Source of the DNA: an uncultured delta proteobacterium
GTDB taxonomy: Bacteria > Myxococcota > Myxococcia > Myxococcales > Anaeromyxobacteraceae
Reading direction: 5' to 3'
Length of the DNA: 64,000 bases
Assembly: GCA_963766715.1 (NCBI GenBank)
Contig: CAVYBH010000010.1
Location: 48,639 to 112,638, forward strand
Numbering within the stretch: position 1 is the stretch's first letter; each line of letters starts with the position of its first letter. The notes beneath the pieces are model-generated. The model searched no databases. It was not told the origin of the DNA and was given only the letters and a program-made list of their open reading frames with translations. Of the stretch, positions 35,669 to 46,011 are shown in pieces. Made by a program: the position numbers and the translations under genes.

Positions 35669-38435
35669 TCATCCCAGCGCTTCCTCGACGAGAGCCTGCT
35701 GGACGAGCTTGTGGCGGGTGGCCGACCCGGACGCGGGGCTGGGGCTGGCCGGGCGCGCGATCACCGACGTGCGCGCGTCGAAGCCCCGGACCGCCTGGCC
35801 GAGGGCGTCGCGGATGTACGGCCAGGCGCCCATGTTGCGAGGCTCCTCCTGGACCCACACCACGTCGGCGGTGGCCGGATACGGCGCCAGCGCCTCCTGC
35901 AGCTCGGCGGTGCGGAGCGGGTAGAGCTGCTCGACGCGCACGAGCGCCACGTCCTGCTTCTTCCGCGAGGCCCGGCCCTCGGCGAGGTCGTAGTAGACCT
36001 TGCCCGAGCAGAGCACCACGCGGCGGACCGCGGCCGGATCGGGCAGCGTGACGTCGGGGAGGACGGGGTGGAACTTCCCGGCGGTGCAGCTCGGCGAGCG
36101 GCGAGACGGCCGCCGGATTGCGGAGCAGGCTCTTCGGGGACATCACCACCATCGGCTTGCGCCACGGCGCGCGCACCTGGCTCCGCAAGGCGTGGAAGAT
36201 CTGCGCCGGCGTGGTGAGGTTCACCACCCGCCAGTTGTCCTCGACCGACAGCTCCAGGAAGCGCTCGAGCCGGGCGCTGGAGTGCTCCGGCCCCTGCCCC
36301 TCCATGCCGTGGGGGAGGAGGAGGACGAGCCCGGAGAGCCGGTTCCACTTCACCTCGGACGAGGAGAGGAACTGGTCGATGAGGACCTGGGCCCCGTTCA
36401 CGAAGTCGCCGAACTGCGCCTCCCAGACCACCAGCGCCTCCGGCTGCTCCAGGCTGTACCCGAACTCGAACCCCAGGGCCGCCGCCTCGGAGAGCAGGCT
36501 GTCGTAGACGTACACCTTCCCCTGCCCCTCCCGCAGGTGGGCGAGCGGCATGTACGGAGCCCCGGTCTTCACGTCGGTCACCACGGCGTGGCGGTGGCTG
36601 AAGGTCCCCCGGCGGACGTCCTGCCCCACCAGGCGGACCGGGTGGGCGTCCCAGGCGATGGTCCCGTAGGCGAGCTGCTCGGCGAAGCCCCAGTCGAGCA
36701 TCCGCTTCCCGCGCGCCATCTCCGCCCGTCCCTCGAAGAGCTTCACGATCTTGGGATTGGCGTCGAAGCCGGCCGGGATCTCGGAGAGGTGGCGGGCCAC
36801 GTGCGCCAGCCGGTCGGCGGGGACGGCCGTCGCCACCTCGTCGGTGCTCCCGATCGGGCCGCCCCGGTACTGGCTCCACACGCCCTCGGCCACGGCGGGA
36901 GAGGGAACCGCGGCCACTGCGGCGGACGCCTGGTAGGCCTCCTCGAGCCGGGCCTGGAAGGCCCGGGTCATCCCCGCCACCTGCTCCTCGGCGACCGCAC
37001 CCTCCCGCTGGAGCTCGGAGGCGTAGGCGCGCGGGAACGGGGTCTTGGCCGCGATGGCCCGGTACATGAGCGGCTGGGTGAAGGTGGGCTCGTCGCCCTC
37101 GTTGTGTCCGTACTTGCGGTAGGTCCAGACGTCGATCACGACGTCGCGGTGCCAGCGCTGGCGGAAGTCGGCGGCGAGGAGCACCGCCTGGGCCACCGCC
37201 TCGAGGTCCTCGCCGTTCACGTGGAGCACCGGGATGTCGAGCATGAGCGCCACGTCGGTGGCGTACACCGTCGACCGCGAGTCCTTGGGGGAGGTGGTGA
37301 AGCCGATCTGGTTGTTCACCACCACGTGGATCGTGCCGCCGCACCGGTAGGCCGGCAGCGCCGACATGTTGAAGGTCTCGGCCACGATCCCCTGGCCGGC
37401 GAAGGCGGCGTCGCCGTGGATGATCACCGGGATGGAGCGCTGTCCCTCGGCGTCGCTGAAGCGGTCCTGCTTGGCGCGGACCCGTCCCTGCACCACCGGA
37501 TCGATCCACTCCAGGTGACTGGGGTTGAAGGCGAGCGAGAGGCGGAGCCCGCCATCCGCCGTGTCGCGGGTGCTCGAGTAGCCGAGGTGGTACTTCACGT
37601 CGCCGCCGGCGGCGCCGCTGATGATGGCCTGGTCGCGGAACTCGGCGAAGATGTCGCGCAGCGGCTTGCCGAGCACGTTGGCGAGGACGTTGAGCCGGCC
37701 GCGGTGGGCCATGCCGATGACCACGTTGCGCACGCCGTAGCCGATGGCGCGGTCGAGGAGCAGCTCGAGCAGCGGGACGAGCACCTCCGCTCCCTCGAGC
37801 GAGAAGCGCTTCGCTCCCAGGAAGCGCGTCCCCAGGAACTGCTCGAACATGCCGGCCTGGATCAGCTTCTCGAGCAGCTTCCGCTTCACCTCCGGCGTCA
37901 GGGTGAGCCGGTTGCGGGTGCGCTCCATCCGGTGCTCGAGCCAGCCGCGGAGCTCCCGGTCCTGGATGTGCCCGAGCTGGACGCCCAGCGTGCGGCCGTA
38001 GGTCTCCTGGAGGCGCCCCACCAGCTCGCGGAGCGTGCCGGCTCCGGGGTCGCCGACCGGGCGGTCGAGGTCGGCGTCGGTCAGGCCGAACTCGGCCAGG
38101 TCGAGCCGCTCGGCGCGGCGGCGCTCGAGCCCCAGGGGATCGAGGTCGGCCATGAGGTGACCGAAGGTGCGCCAGGCGCCGACCAGGCGGTCGACCCGGA
38201 GGAGGAACGCCTCCCGATCGTCGGGGCGCGGGGCGAAGCCGTCGCGCGGCGCGCGGGCTGGCCAGGCGGAGGGTGCGGGCGCCGCGTCGGGCACCGGCGG
38301 GAGCTGCTCGAAGTAGGCGCGCCACTGCTCGTCCACCGAGGCGGGATCCTGCAGCCAGGCGAAGTACAGGTCCTCGACGAAGCCGAGGTTGGAGGCGCTC
38401 GGGGCGGCGATGGGGACGTCGCTCGGAGGGGGCAT
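35669..38435 (-). CDS. sucA: 2-oxoglutarate dehydrogenase E1; frameshift near 36085-36100
   Basis: KRFSLEG, GMAHRGRLNVL, FNPSHLE, HGDAAFAGQG, WEAQFGDF, GPEHSSARLER; C-terminus in ORF 35669..36019. Confidence 0.95.
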
Positions 38436-38485
38436 GTCACGCGATCATAACCACGCGACGAACGGCGGTCGCAGCCGGATGGGGC

Positions 38486-38866
38486 CTACCCGGGCAGGCG
38501 GGTGCCGGATGCGTGCGGAGGCCCCGAGTGCCGGCCGACCACCTGGAGCAGCTCCTCGAGGTCGAAGGGCTTCGAGAGGTAGGCGTCGGCCACGGGCAGG
38601 CTGCTCGCCCCCGGCATGGCGGCGGTCATGATGGCCACCGGGACGCCCACGGCGATTCCCTCGCCGCGCAGCCGTTCCAGGAGCTGCGGACCGTTCATGA
38701 CCGGCATCACCAGGTCGAGGACCATGAGGGACGGGCGCCGGGCCTTCAGATAGGCGAGCGCCTCCTCGCCGTTCACGGCGACGTCGACGGCATATCCCTC
38801 GAATCCGAGGAAATCGGCGATTCCCTGCCGGATACCGGGATCGTCCTCTACCACCAGGATGGGCAC
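38486..38866 (-). CDS. Single-domain response regulator (receiver)
   Basis: ILVVEDD, VLDLVMP, IMTA, LSKPF. Confidence 0.9.
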   Translation of the reverse strand: MPILVVEDDPGIRQGIADFLGFEGYAVDVAVNGEEALAYLKARRPSLMVLDLVMPVMNGPQLLERLRGEGIAVGVPVAIMTAAMPGASSLPVADAYLSKPFDLEELLQVVGRHSGPPHASGTRLPG

Positions 38867-38871
38867 CCTCT

Positions 38872-39678
38872 TCAGATAACGGCCGGGGGGCCCGGCGCCA
38901 CGCCGGAAGCTCCACCGGTCGGCTCCGGACCCGGCGACGGTGGGCGGCGAGCCAGTCGCCACGCGCCCCAGGCCACCAGGAGGACCGACCCGTACTGCGC
39001 GGGCGTGAGACCGGCATACCTCCCGTCGGCGTAGGCGACGTCGCTCGCCCGGAGGAAGTCGAGCAGGAAGCGGGCGCATCCGTAGAGAACCGCGAGCAGG
39101 CCGAGCAGGCGACCCTCGAGCCGCCGCCGGGACCACAGGCGCCAGAGCAACGCCGCGATCGCGAAGAGGACGATGGCCTCGTACAGGCCCAGGTCGTGCC
39201 GCGCCCCGCCCGGGAAGCGAACCGCCAGCGGGAACCCGGTGAGCCGCCCCGGGTGATCGTGCACGAGGAAGCAGCCGATGCGCGCCACGCCCCAGCCGGT
39301 GGGAACGCCGACCGCGAAGGCGTCGGCGTAGCGCCCGAGCGGGACGTGGCGGATCCGGAAGAAGAGGGCCGCCGCGGCCACGCCGCCGAGGAGCCCTCCG
39401 AACGACGAGAGGCCGTCCCAGAAGGCCAGCACGCGGGCCGGGTCGCGGATCTCCTCGGGGTGATAGAGCCCGACGTGCACCAGGTGCCCGACGGCGATGC
39501 CGGCCAGCACGCCCCAGATGGCGAAGTCGAGGACGGGTCGGGGGTCGAGCCCGCGGCGGCTCGCGGCCCACGCGGAGGTCCTCACCCCCACGGCCACTCC
39601 GAGGGCGGCCAGGAGGCCGAACGCCTGCAACGTGATCGGCCCGAGATGGAGGGCCGGCGGCTCGAACCAGGGAATCAC
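38872..39678 (-). CDS. Prolipoprotein diacylglyceryl transferase (Lgt)-family protein
   Basis: GLSSFGG, ARIGCFLVHDHPG, HDLGLYE, ARFLLDFLR; divergent from canonical Lgt. Confidence 0.78.
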   Translation of the reverse strand: MIPWFEPPALHLGPITLQAFGLLAALGVAVGVRTSAWAASRRGLDPRPVLDFAIWGVLAGIAVGHLVHVGLYHPEEIRDPARVLAFWDGLSSFGGLLGGVAAAALFFRIRHVPLGRYADAFAVGVPTGWGVARIGCFLVHDHPGRLTGFPLAVRFPGGARHDLGLYEAIVLFAIAALLWRLWSRRRLEGRLLGLLAVLYGCARFLLDFLRASDVAYADGRYAGLTPAQYGSVLLVAWGAWRLARRPPSPGPEPTGGASGVAPGPPAVI

Positions 39679-39702
39679 CGGGCGGACGTCGCGCCGGTCC
39701 CG

Positions 39703-39840
39703 CTAGCGAAGCGCCTGGGCGGTCGCGTAGGACAGCGCGACCAGCGCGGCCGCCGCGAGCAGGAACATCCAGGAGGCGGGATCGAGCTTCTGTGTGGCCG
39801 CCATCGCCACGGCACGGATCTTCGAGGTCGAGCGCTTCAT
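39703..39840 (-). CDS. Small 45-aa membrane protein
   Basis: MKRSTSKIRAVAMAATQKLDPASWMFLLAAAALVALSYATAQALR; one hydrophobic helix; GATAAT -10-like element at 39891-39886. Confidence 0.5.
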   Translation of the reverse strand: MKRSTSKIRAVAMAATQKLDPASWMFLLAAAALVALSYATAQALR

Positions 39841-39953
39841 CCACGGTCTTTCCGGCGTCCCACGCTGGGCCACCCTGAGAGGTCCATTATCGGCCTCGGG
39901 CGGGGGCGCCAGCCCAAATCGCCCCGGAGCGCCGGTGGACGCCGCGGGACAGG

Positions 39954-40508
39954 CTAGGCCGCCAGGTCCGCCTCGAGCGCCTGCCGCTGGGCGGGCGTGA
40001 GGGCGACCTCCTCGACGAGCCTGGGGTGGTCGGAGCCGATCGCCACCGGGCTCTCCCCGCCGGTGTCGAACTTGAGGTACTGCACCGACGAGAGCCGCTC
40101 CTCTCCCACCTGCCGGGGGTCGAAGGTGGCCTTCACCTTCCGTCCGGACGCGGTCTTCACGTAGAGGCTGCCGGGAAGCCCCATCCACTCCCGGAGCTTC
40201 ACCGCCCTGCGCTCGGGGTCGTCGATCTCGATGAGGAGGACCGCTCCCAGCTCCCCCTTCTTGCCCAGCAGCTCGTTGTAGGTCTCGAGCTCGTGGGCGA
40301 TGTCCTGCTCCTTCACCATGCGCTCGGCCCGGACCATCTCCTGCACCTGGTAGCGGACGGTGTCGCGGTTCTCGAACAGGAAGGTGAGGGCGTCGCCCAG
40401 GTGGACGCGCCGCGGCGCCTTCACCGCCAGCACCTCGGCCTGGAGCCCGGGGCGGGCCTTCTCGTAGGCGGTCAGGTCCAGGATCTCCTCGCGGGCCACG
40501 GGCCTCAT
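39954..40508 (-). CDS. DUF3501-like protein
   Basis: [43 protein letters not shown]; downstream of rubrerythrin and Fe-S oxidoreductase. Confidence 0.8.
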   Translation of the reverse strand: MRPVAREEILDLTAYEKARPGLQAEVLAVKAPRRVHLGDALTFLFENRDTVRYQVQEMVRAERMVKEQDIAHELETYNELLGKKGELGAVLLIEIDDPERRAVKLREWMGLPGSLYVKTASGRKVKATFDPRQVGEERLSSVQYLKFDTGGESPVAIGSDHPRLVEEVALTPAQRQALEADLAA

Positions 40509-41869
40509 GTCTTTCCCTTCTCGCCGTCCCGCCCGAAGCCGCCCTCGCGGTAGGCGCGGGCGAGCACGGTCATCGGGTGGAGCGGGCGGTTCCCTGCGAA
40601 CTGCTCGAACTGGACGGCGGCCAGCGGGCAGTCGGTGCACCAGACCTCGGCCTCGGCCGCCTTCATCCCGTCGAAGGCCTTCTGGCCGATGCGGCCGGAG
40701 GCGTCGTGCCCCTCCACGGTCATGGCGTAGGTGCCGTCGTGGCCGCAGCACTCCATCACGGTGGCGGCCACCTCCACGCCCGGGATGCGGCGGAGCAGGT
40801 CGCGCCCCTTGAAGCCGACCGCCTGGGCCCGCAGGTGGCAGGGCGCGTGGTAGGCGACGCGGCCGCCCGGGGGCGTGCTCTTGAAGTCGGCGCTGAAGCG
40901 GGGCTCGTTGCGGAGCGACCACAGGTACTCGGAGACGTCCATCACCGCGGGTGCGAGCTTCTCGGCGCGCTCCCGGTCGGCCCCCTCCAGCAGGTGGGGC
41001 CATTCCCGGCGCATCATCATCGAGCAGGTGGGGTTCACCACCAGGACCTTGGCGCCCTTCTCCACGAAGGGGATGAGGAGATCCAGGTCGTCGTGGGCCT
41101 GCCGGCGCAGCTGGGCGAGGTCGCCGTGCTCCCAGACCGGCATGCCGCAGCAGCGCAGCCCCTTCACCACCCGCACGTCCACGCCGTTCTTGCGCAGCAC
41201 CTCGAGGGTGTCCTGGCCCAGCTGGGTGTCGTTGTTCTGGACGAAGCAGGTCTGGAAGAGCACCGCCTCGCCACCCGGCTCGTCCTTCACCCAGCCGTTC
41301 TGCTCGGCCCAGGCGTCGAAGGCCTGCGAGGCGAAGTCGGGGAGCGCGGCGTGGCGGTCGACGCCCAGCACCTTCTCCATGACCCAGCGCGCGGGCGCCA
41401 CCTTGTTCATGGCGTTGGCGAGGCCGAGCGACATGCGGGCCATCTTGCCGGACAGGTCGGGGTCGCCGAGGAAGCGGTCGCGGAGGCTGCGCTTCTCGCC
41501 GCCGGCGCGGAACCGCTGCGCGTCGTGGCGGTGGACGAGCGCCGGGAAGTCGAGCTGGTACGGGTGCCCGTCGCGCGGCGTGTACGGGCACTGCACCTCG
41601 CAGAGCTTGCACTGGAAGCAGTCGTCCATCACCTCCTCGATCTCGGCGGCCTCGAGGCGGTGGACGTCGTGGTCGCGCTGGTCGAGGAGCTCGAACAGGC
41701 GCGGGAAGCTGTCGCAGAACTTGAAGCACATGCGGCAGCCGTTGCAGATGTCGAAGGCGCGCAGCACCTCGCCCTGGAGCGCCGCCGGATCCCAGTACAC
41801 CGGCTGCGAAGGATCGTACGACAGCCCGGGGGTCGGGTCGTAGCTGACCTTCTTTCCGGCTTCGGACAT
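40505..41869 (-). CDS. Fe-S oxidoreductase (GlpC/HdrD-like, two ferredoxin motifs plus CCG domains)
   Basis: [46 protein letters not shown]. Confidence 0.88.
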   Translation of the reverse strand: MSEAGKKVSYDPTPGLSYDPSQPVYWDPAALQGEVLRAFDICNGCRMCFKFCDSFPRLFELLDQRDHDVHRLEAAEIEEVMDDCFQCKLCEVQCPYTPRDGHPYQLDFPALVHRHDAQRFRAGGEKRSLRDRFLGDPDLSGKMARMSLGLANAMNKVAPARWVMEKVLGVDRHAALPDFASQAFDAWAEQNGWVKDEPGGEAVLFQTCFVQNNDTQLGQDTLEVLRKNGVDVRVVKGLRCCGMPVWEHGDLAQLRRQAHDDLDLLIPFVEKGAKVLVVNPTCSMMMRREWPHLLEGADRERAEKLAPAVMDVSEYLWSLRNEPRFSADFKSTPPGGRVAYHAPCHLRAQAVGFKGRDLLRRIPGVEVAATVMECCGHDGTYAMTVEGHDASGRIGQKAFDGMKAAEAEVWCTDCPLAAVQFEQFAGNRPLHPMTVLARAYREGGFGRDGEKGKT

Positions 41870-41887
41870 GGCGATCCCTCCGGCGAG

Positions 41888-41920
41888 GCGGTCCGGCCCC
41901 GACGAGGGGGGCCGGACCGC
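41888..41920. other. Perfect 13-bp GC-rich stem-loop between rubrerythrin and the Fe-S oxidoreductase
   Basis: GCGGTCCGGCCCC-7 nt-GGGGCCGGACCGC; no U-tract. Confidence 0.75.
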
Positions 41921-41935
41921 GATGGTCGCGTCGCG

Positions 41936-42355
41936 TTACTTGATGCTGTCGAGCATCTTCGAGAACTTGCCGGCGTGGGACTTCTCCGCCTTGGCGAGCG
42001 TCTCGAACCAGTCGGCGACCTGCGTGAAGCCCTCCTCGCGCGCGGTCTTCGCGAAGCCCGGGTACATGTCGGTGTACTCGTGGGTCTCGCCGGCGACGGC
42101 CGACTTGAGGTTCGCCACCGAGTCGCCGATGGGGAGATCGGTGGCCGGGTCGCCGACCTGCTTCAGGTAGTCGAGGTGGCCGAAGGCGTGGCCGGTCTCG
42201 CCCTCCGCGGTCTCGCGGAAGTTGCCGGCCACCTCCGGGTAGCCTTCGACGTCGGCGACCTTCGCGAAGTACATGTAGCGGCGGTTCGCCTGCGACTCGC
42301 CGGCGAAGGCGGCCTTGAGGTTTCCGTGCGTCTTGGTGCCCTTGAGCTGTGCCAT
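41936..42355 (-). CDS. Short rubrerythrin (no rubredoxin domain)
   Basis: [41 protein letters not shown]; 139 aa with no Cys. Confidence 0.93.
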   Translation of the reverse strand: MAQLKGTKTHGNLKAAFAGESQANRRYMYFAKVADVEGYPEVAGNFRETAEGETGHAFGHLDYLKQVGDPATDLPIGDSVANLKSAVAGETHEYTDMYPGFAKTAREEGFTQVADWFETLAKAEKSHAGKFSKMLDSIK

Positions 42356-42515
42356 GTGGACCTCTCCTTTTCCTGCTCTGACGTCTTCCGATGGGGGCCG
42401 CGGTCCGGTCCCGTTATCCCGGTGCCTGGTGAGTGTCGCTCGGAAAGGCGGGGCCGGGGCCGGACCTTCCGGGGCATGCCATGCCGCCGGCGATCAGTTG
42501 GCGCAAGACATCGTA

Positions 42516-42532
42516 GCTATCGATTCGATAGC
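42516..42532. promoter_or_regulatory. Perfect 8-1-8 palindrome upstream of the rubrerythrin operon (candidate operator)
   Basis: GCTATCGA-T-TCGATAGC. Confidence 0.5.
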
Positions 42533-42538
42533 CGTGGA

Positions 42539-43588
42539 CTATGACTCGGGACGCGCCGCCCGCTTCAGCCGGGTGGCCAGCTCGCCCAGCGCGCGCGCCT
42601 CCCCGGCCACCTCGCGCGTGGAGGCCGAGGTCCGCTCGTAGGCCAGGAAGATGCCGTTCATGGCGTGCATCACCTGCTCGAAGCCGCTCTCCTGCTGCTG
42701 GGCCACGCCGGCGATGTCCCGGGCGGCGCGGGCCGAGTCGGCGAGCGCGCGCGCCAGGTCCCGCAGCGTGGTCGCCGCGCCCTCGATGATCATGGCCCCC
42801 TCGCCGGCGCGCACGCTGCCGGCCTCCGCCGCATCCATCGCACCGGCCATGGCGAGCCGGACCTCGTCGAGGATGCCCTTGGCGCGGGCGGCCGCCTCGG
42901 CGGTCTCCTCGGCGTGCCCGTCCATCCGCGCGATCAGCGCCGGGAACGCCTCGGGCGCGAGGATCCCCCCGTCGGCCTGGGCCTGGGCGCGCGCCATCGC
43001 GGAGAGGGTCCGGGACCGCTCGGCGATCTGCGACACCGCGTCGGCCACCTGGAACACGTCCCGCATGCGCCGTTCCAGCCCGGCGATCAGCTGGGAGAGG
43101 GCTTGCACCTCCTCGGCCAGCCGGGTGAGCGCCTCCCGCGACTGCTCCGCGGTGGTGAGCCCGCGTGCGGCGACCCGCTCGGACTCGAGCGCGAGCCCCA
43201 CCACGGTCTCCGCGGTGAGGGCCGACGCGGTCGCGGTCTTGGAGAGGCGCTGCATGGTGGCGCTCGTGTCCCGGACGCCGGCCGCGGTCTCCTCGGTGCT
43301 CGAGGTGAGGGATGCGACGGCCCCCACCAGCCCCTTGGCGCGGCGGGCCAGCTCGGCCGAGGTCTGCTCGGCCTCGTCCCGGCGGACGCGCGCGGACCGC
43401 TGCACCGCCAGCCCCTGCTCCTCGATCGCGGAGGCCTGCGTCCCGAGCGCCCAACCCAGCGGCGCGAGCAGCAGCGGAACCACCGAGAGGAGCCCCAGGA
43501 CCGGTCCCGACGCGCCCAGGAGCGCGCCTCCGGCCGGGAAGGCCAGCCCGACCAGGAGTCCCGTCACAGCCAGCGGAATCGGTCGCAT
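42539..43588 (-). CDS. Methyl-accepting chemotaxis-like protein with degenerate signalling tip
   Basis: Two adjacent N-terminal TM helices, long heptad coiled coil, IAGVAQQQESGFEQVMHAMNGI C-terminal MCP pattern. Confidence 0.7.
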   Translation of the reverse strand: MRPIPLAVTGLLVGLAFPAGGALLGASGPVLGLLSVVPLLLAPLGWALGTQASAIEEQGLAVQRSARVRRDEAEQTSAELARRAKGLVGAVASLTSSTEETAAGVRDTSATMQRLSKTATASALTAETVVGLALESERVAARGLTTAEQSREALTRLAEEVQALSQLIAGLERRMRDVFQVADAVSQIAERSRTLSAMARAQAQADGGILAPEAFPALIARMDGHAEETAEAAARAKGILDEVRLAMAGAMDAAEAGSVRAGEGAMIIEGAATTLRDLARALADSARAARDIAGVAQQQESGFEQVMHAMNGIFLAYERTSASTREVAGEARALGELATRLKRAARPES

Positions 43589-43699
43589 CGTCCCCCTTCC
43601 GTCCGGAAACCCGCTGGGCCCGACCCGCCCGGGTGACGTCCAACCCGGGGGGCTCCCGCCGACACCGTGGCCGCGGGTGGGTGGGCTGCCCCCACGAGA

Positions 43700-43891
43700 C
43701 TACGGGGTTGCGGGGGCCGCAGCCTTGGGCGCCTTGGCCTCGTGGGCGTCCCATCGCTTCTGCAGTTCCACGCCGAGATCCTCGAACTTCGGCGTGATGT
43801 CCTTCTTGGCCACGGCCTCGAAGCACTGGAGGCACTGGTGGAGGCCCGAGGGGGCCTCGATCACCCACTGGATGTGGTGAGGGCAGTTCAT
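43700..43891 (-). CDS. 63-aa hypothetical protein with putative zinc-binding motif
   Basis: CPHH...CLQC; GC3-biased codons; TAGAAA 6 nt upstream of ATG. Confidence 0.65.
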   Translation of the reverse strand: MNCPHHIQWVIEAPSGLHQCLQCFEAVAKKDITPKFEDLGVELQKRWDAHEAKAPKAAAPATP

Positions 43892-43954
43892 GGAAGCTTT
43901 CTAGCGCAGCGGGCCTCCCCGGGGAAGGGCACGCCCCGTGCACCTGTCCCGAGC

Positions 43955-44422
43955 ATGGAGGACCTGCGCGTTCCCAAGCGAGCCGTGCCCGTGGAGGTCG
44001 TCCTCCCCGGGGGAAGCGCCCGGCGCGTGTCGGTCTTCCTCGGCGAGGGCGCCGCCTCCCACCAGGGGCCGGAACGGCTCTCCGACCTCCTGAACGGCGG
44101 AGTGCCCTTCATCCCCGCGCAGGACTCGGAGAGCGGCCTCATGACCTTCCTCCACCGCGCCTCCATCGCGGTGGCCCGCGTCGCGGCCTGCGAGGAGCCC
44201 GCCGACGCCTCCTTCACGATCCCCACCGAGCACGAGGTGGAGATCACGCTCACCGACGGCGCGACGGTGACCGGGCTCGTCGCCTACGTCGCCCCCGAGT
44301 CGCACGAGCGCCTCGTCGATTTCCTCAACCGGCCCGAACCCTTCTTCCGGCTCCTGGAGCGGGATGGCGTGGCTCTCGTCGGCCGGGCCCACGTGGCCCG
44401 GGTCGCGCTTCTCCCGAGGTGA
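43955..44422 (+). CDS. Hypothetical protein made of two internal repeats
   Basis: VEVVLPGG...ERLSDLLN...FIP and VEITLTDG...ERLVDFLN...FFRL; stop overlaps the pilT-like start. Confidence 0.75.
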   Translation: MEDLRVPKRAVPVEVVLPGGSARRVSVFLGEGAASHQGPERLSDLLNGGVPFIPAQDSESGLMTFLHRASIAVARVAACEEPADASFTIPTEHEVEITLTDGATVTGLVAYVAPESHERLVDFLNRPEPFFRLLERDGVALVGRAHVARVALLPR

Positions 44423-45978
44423 GTGACATGGCCCGCCTGGACGCCTTCATCGAGCGACTCGCCGCGAGCTCCGGCGCCGAGCTGCTGTTCCAGACGTCGC
44501 ACGGCGCGGTGCTGTCGGGCGGCGGCGCCCAGCGCGTGCTCGTCCGCCAGGCGCTCTCGACGCCGCAGATCATCGGGGCCTTCGCGGAGATCGTCCCCTC
44601 CGAGATGCAGGCGGGCTTCCCGCGCCCGGGCACCACCGTCTTCCCGTACGCCTCGCCGGCCGGGACCATGGAGGTCCTCTTCGAGGCGCACGGCGACGAG
44701 GTCCGCGCCGTGGTCCGACCCGTGTCGGCGGACGCGCCGCCCGCGCCGCGCTCCTCGCCCCCCGCCCCGAGGCCCGGGACCCCGGCGCCCGGAGTCGAGG
44801 CCGTCGCCGCGCCGGTCGAGTCCCCCGCCGCCGATCCGGCCGCCGACGCCGCGGCGACCCCGGATGCATCGTCCTGCGCGGTCCCCCTCCCCTCCGATCC
44901 GCGCGAGGCCATGGACCGCCTCCTCTCCGAGGTCGTGGCCCGGAAGGCCTCCGACCTCCACCTCTCGAGCGGCAGCCCTCCCTCCTTCCGCATCGACGGC
45001 GACATCGTCCCGGCGTCCGAGCTGGGCATCCTCGACGCCGCCCGGCTGGAGTCCTTGCTCTGGACCCTCGCGCCGCCCAAGAACCGGGCCGAGTTCGAGG
45101 AGCGCTCCGACACCGACTTCGCCCACGCCACCGACGAGGCGCGCTTCCGCTTCAACGTCTTCGCCGACCGGCACGGGATCGGCGCGGTGATGCGCCAGAT
45201 CCCGGCCAAGATCCGGACCGCCGAGGAGATGGGGCTCCCCCGCTCCATCCTCGACATGTGCTTCCTCTCGAAGGGGCTCGTGCTCGTCACCGGCCCCACC
45301 GGGTCGGGCAAGTCGACGACGCTCGCGTCGATGGTCGACCACGTGAACCGCAACCGGGACGACCACATCATCACCATCGAGGACCCGGTGGAGTTCGTCC
45401 ACGAGAACCAGCGCTGCCTCGTGAACCAGCGCGAGGTGGGGACGCACACCCAGTCGTTCAAGGCGGCGCTGCGCGCGGCCCTCCGCGAGGACCCCGACAT
45501 CGTCCTGGTGGGCGAGCTCCGCGACCTGGAGACCATCGCCATCGCCATCGAGACGGCCGAGACCGGCCACCTCGTGTTCGGGACGCTCCACACCAACAGC
45601 GCCCCGTCCACCGTCGACCGGATCATCGACCAGTTCCCGTCGGACCGGCAGTCGCAGATCCGCACCATGCTCTCCGAGTCGCTGAAGGCCGTGGTGACCC
45701 AGGTGCTCTGCAAGAAGATCGGCGGCGGGCGCGTGGCGGCCATGGAGATCCTGCTCTGCACGAGCAGCGTCTCGAACCTGATCCGCGAGGGGAAGACGTT
45801 CCAGATCCCGTCGGTCATGCAGACCGCCAAGGGGATCGGCATGACGACCCTCAACGACTCGCTGCTCGACCTGGTGAAGAAGGGGCTGGTCGAGCCCGCC
45901 GAGGCGCTGTCCAAGGCGGTCGCCAAGGCCGAGCTGAAGCAGCTCCTCGAGCGCGCCGGCATCTCCGTTCCCGCTTGA
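44419..45978 (+). CDS. pilT: PilT/PilU-family type IV pilus retraction ATPase with N-terminal extension
   Basis: ASDLHL, GPTGSGKST, TIEDPVE, QREVG, LREDPDIVLVGELRD, GHLVFGTLHT, NLIREGK. Confidence 0.9.
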   Translation: MSDMARLDAFIERLAASSGAELLFQTSHGAVLSGGGAQRVLVRQALSTPQIIGAFAEIVPSEMQAGFPRPGTTVFPYASPAGTMEVLFEAHGDEVRAVVRPVSADAPPAPRSSPPAPRPGTPAPGVEAVAAPVESPAADPAADAAATPDASSCAVPLPSDPREAMDRLLSEVVARKASDLHLSSGSPPSFRIDGDIVPASELGILDAARLESLLWTLAPPKNRAEFEERSDTDFAHATDEARFRFNVFADRHGIGAVMRQIPAKIRTAEEMGLPRSILDMCFLSKGLVLVTGPTGSGKSTTLASMVDHVNRNRDDHIITIEDPVEFVHENQRCLVNQREVGTHTQSFKAALRAALREDPDIVLVGELRDLETIAIAIETAETGHLVFGTLHTNSAPSTVDRIIDQFPSDRQSQIRTMLSESLKAVVTQVLCKKIGGGRVAAMEILLCTSSVSNLIREGKTFQIPSVMQTAKGIGMTTLNDSLLDLVKKGLVEPAEALSKAVAKAELKQLLERAGISVPA

Positions 45979-46011
45979 CGCTCCCGGGGATCCAGCCGAC
46001 GCTGCGCGACC

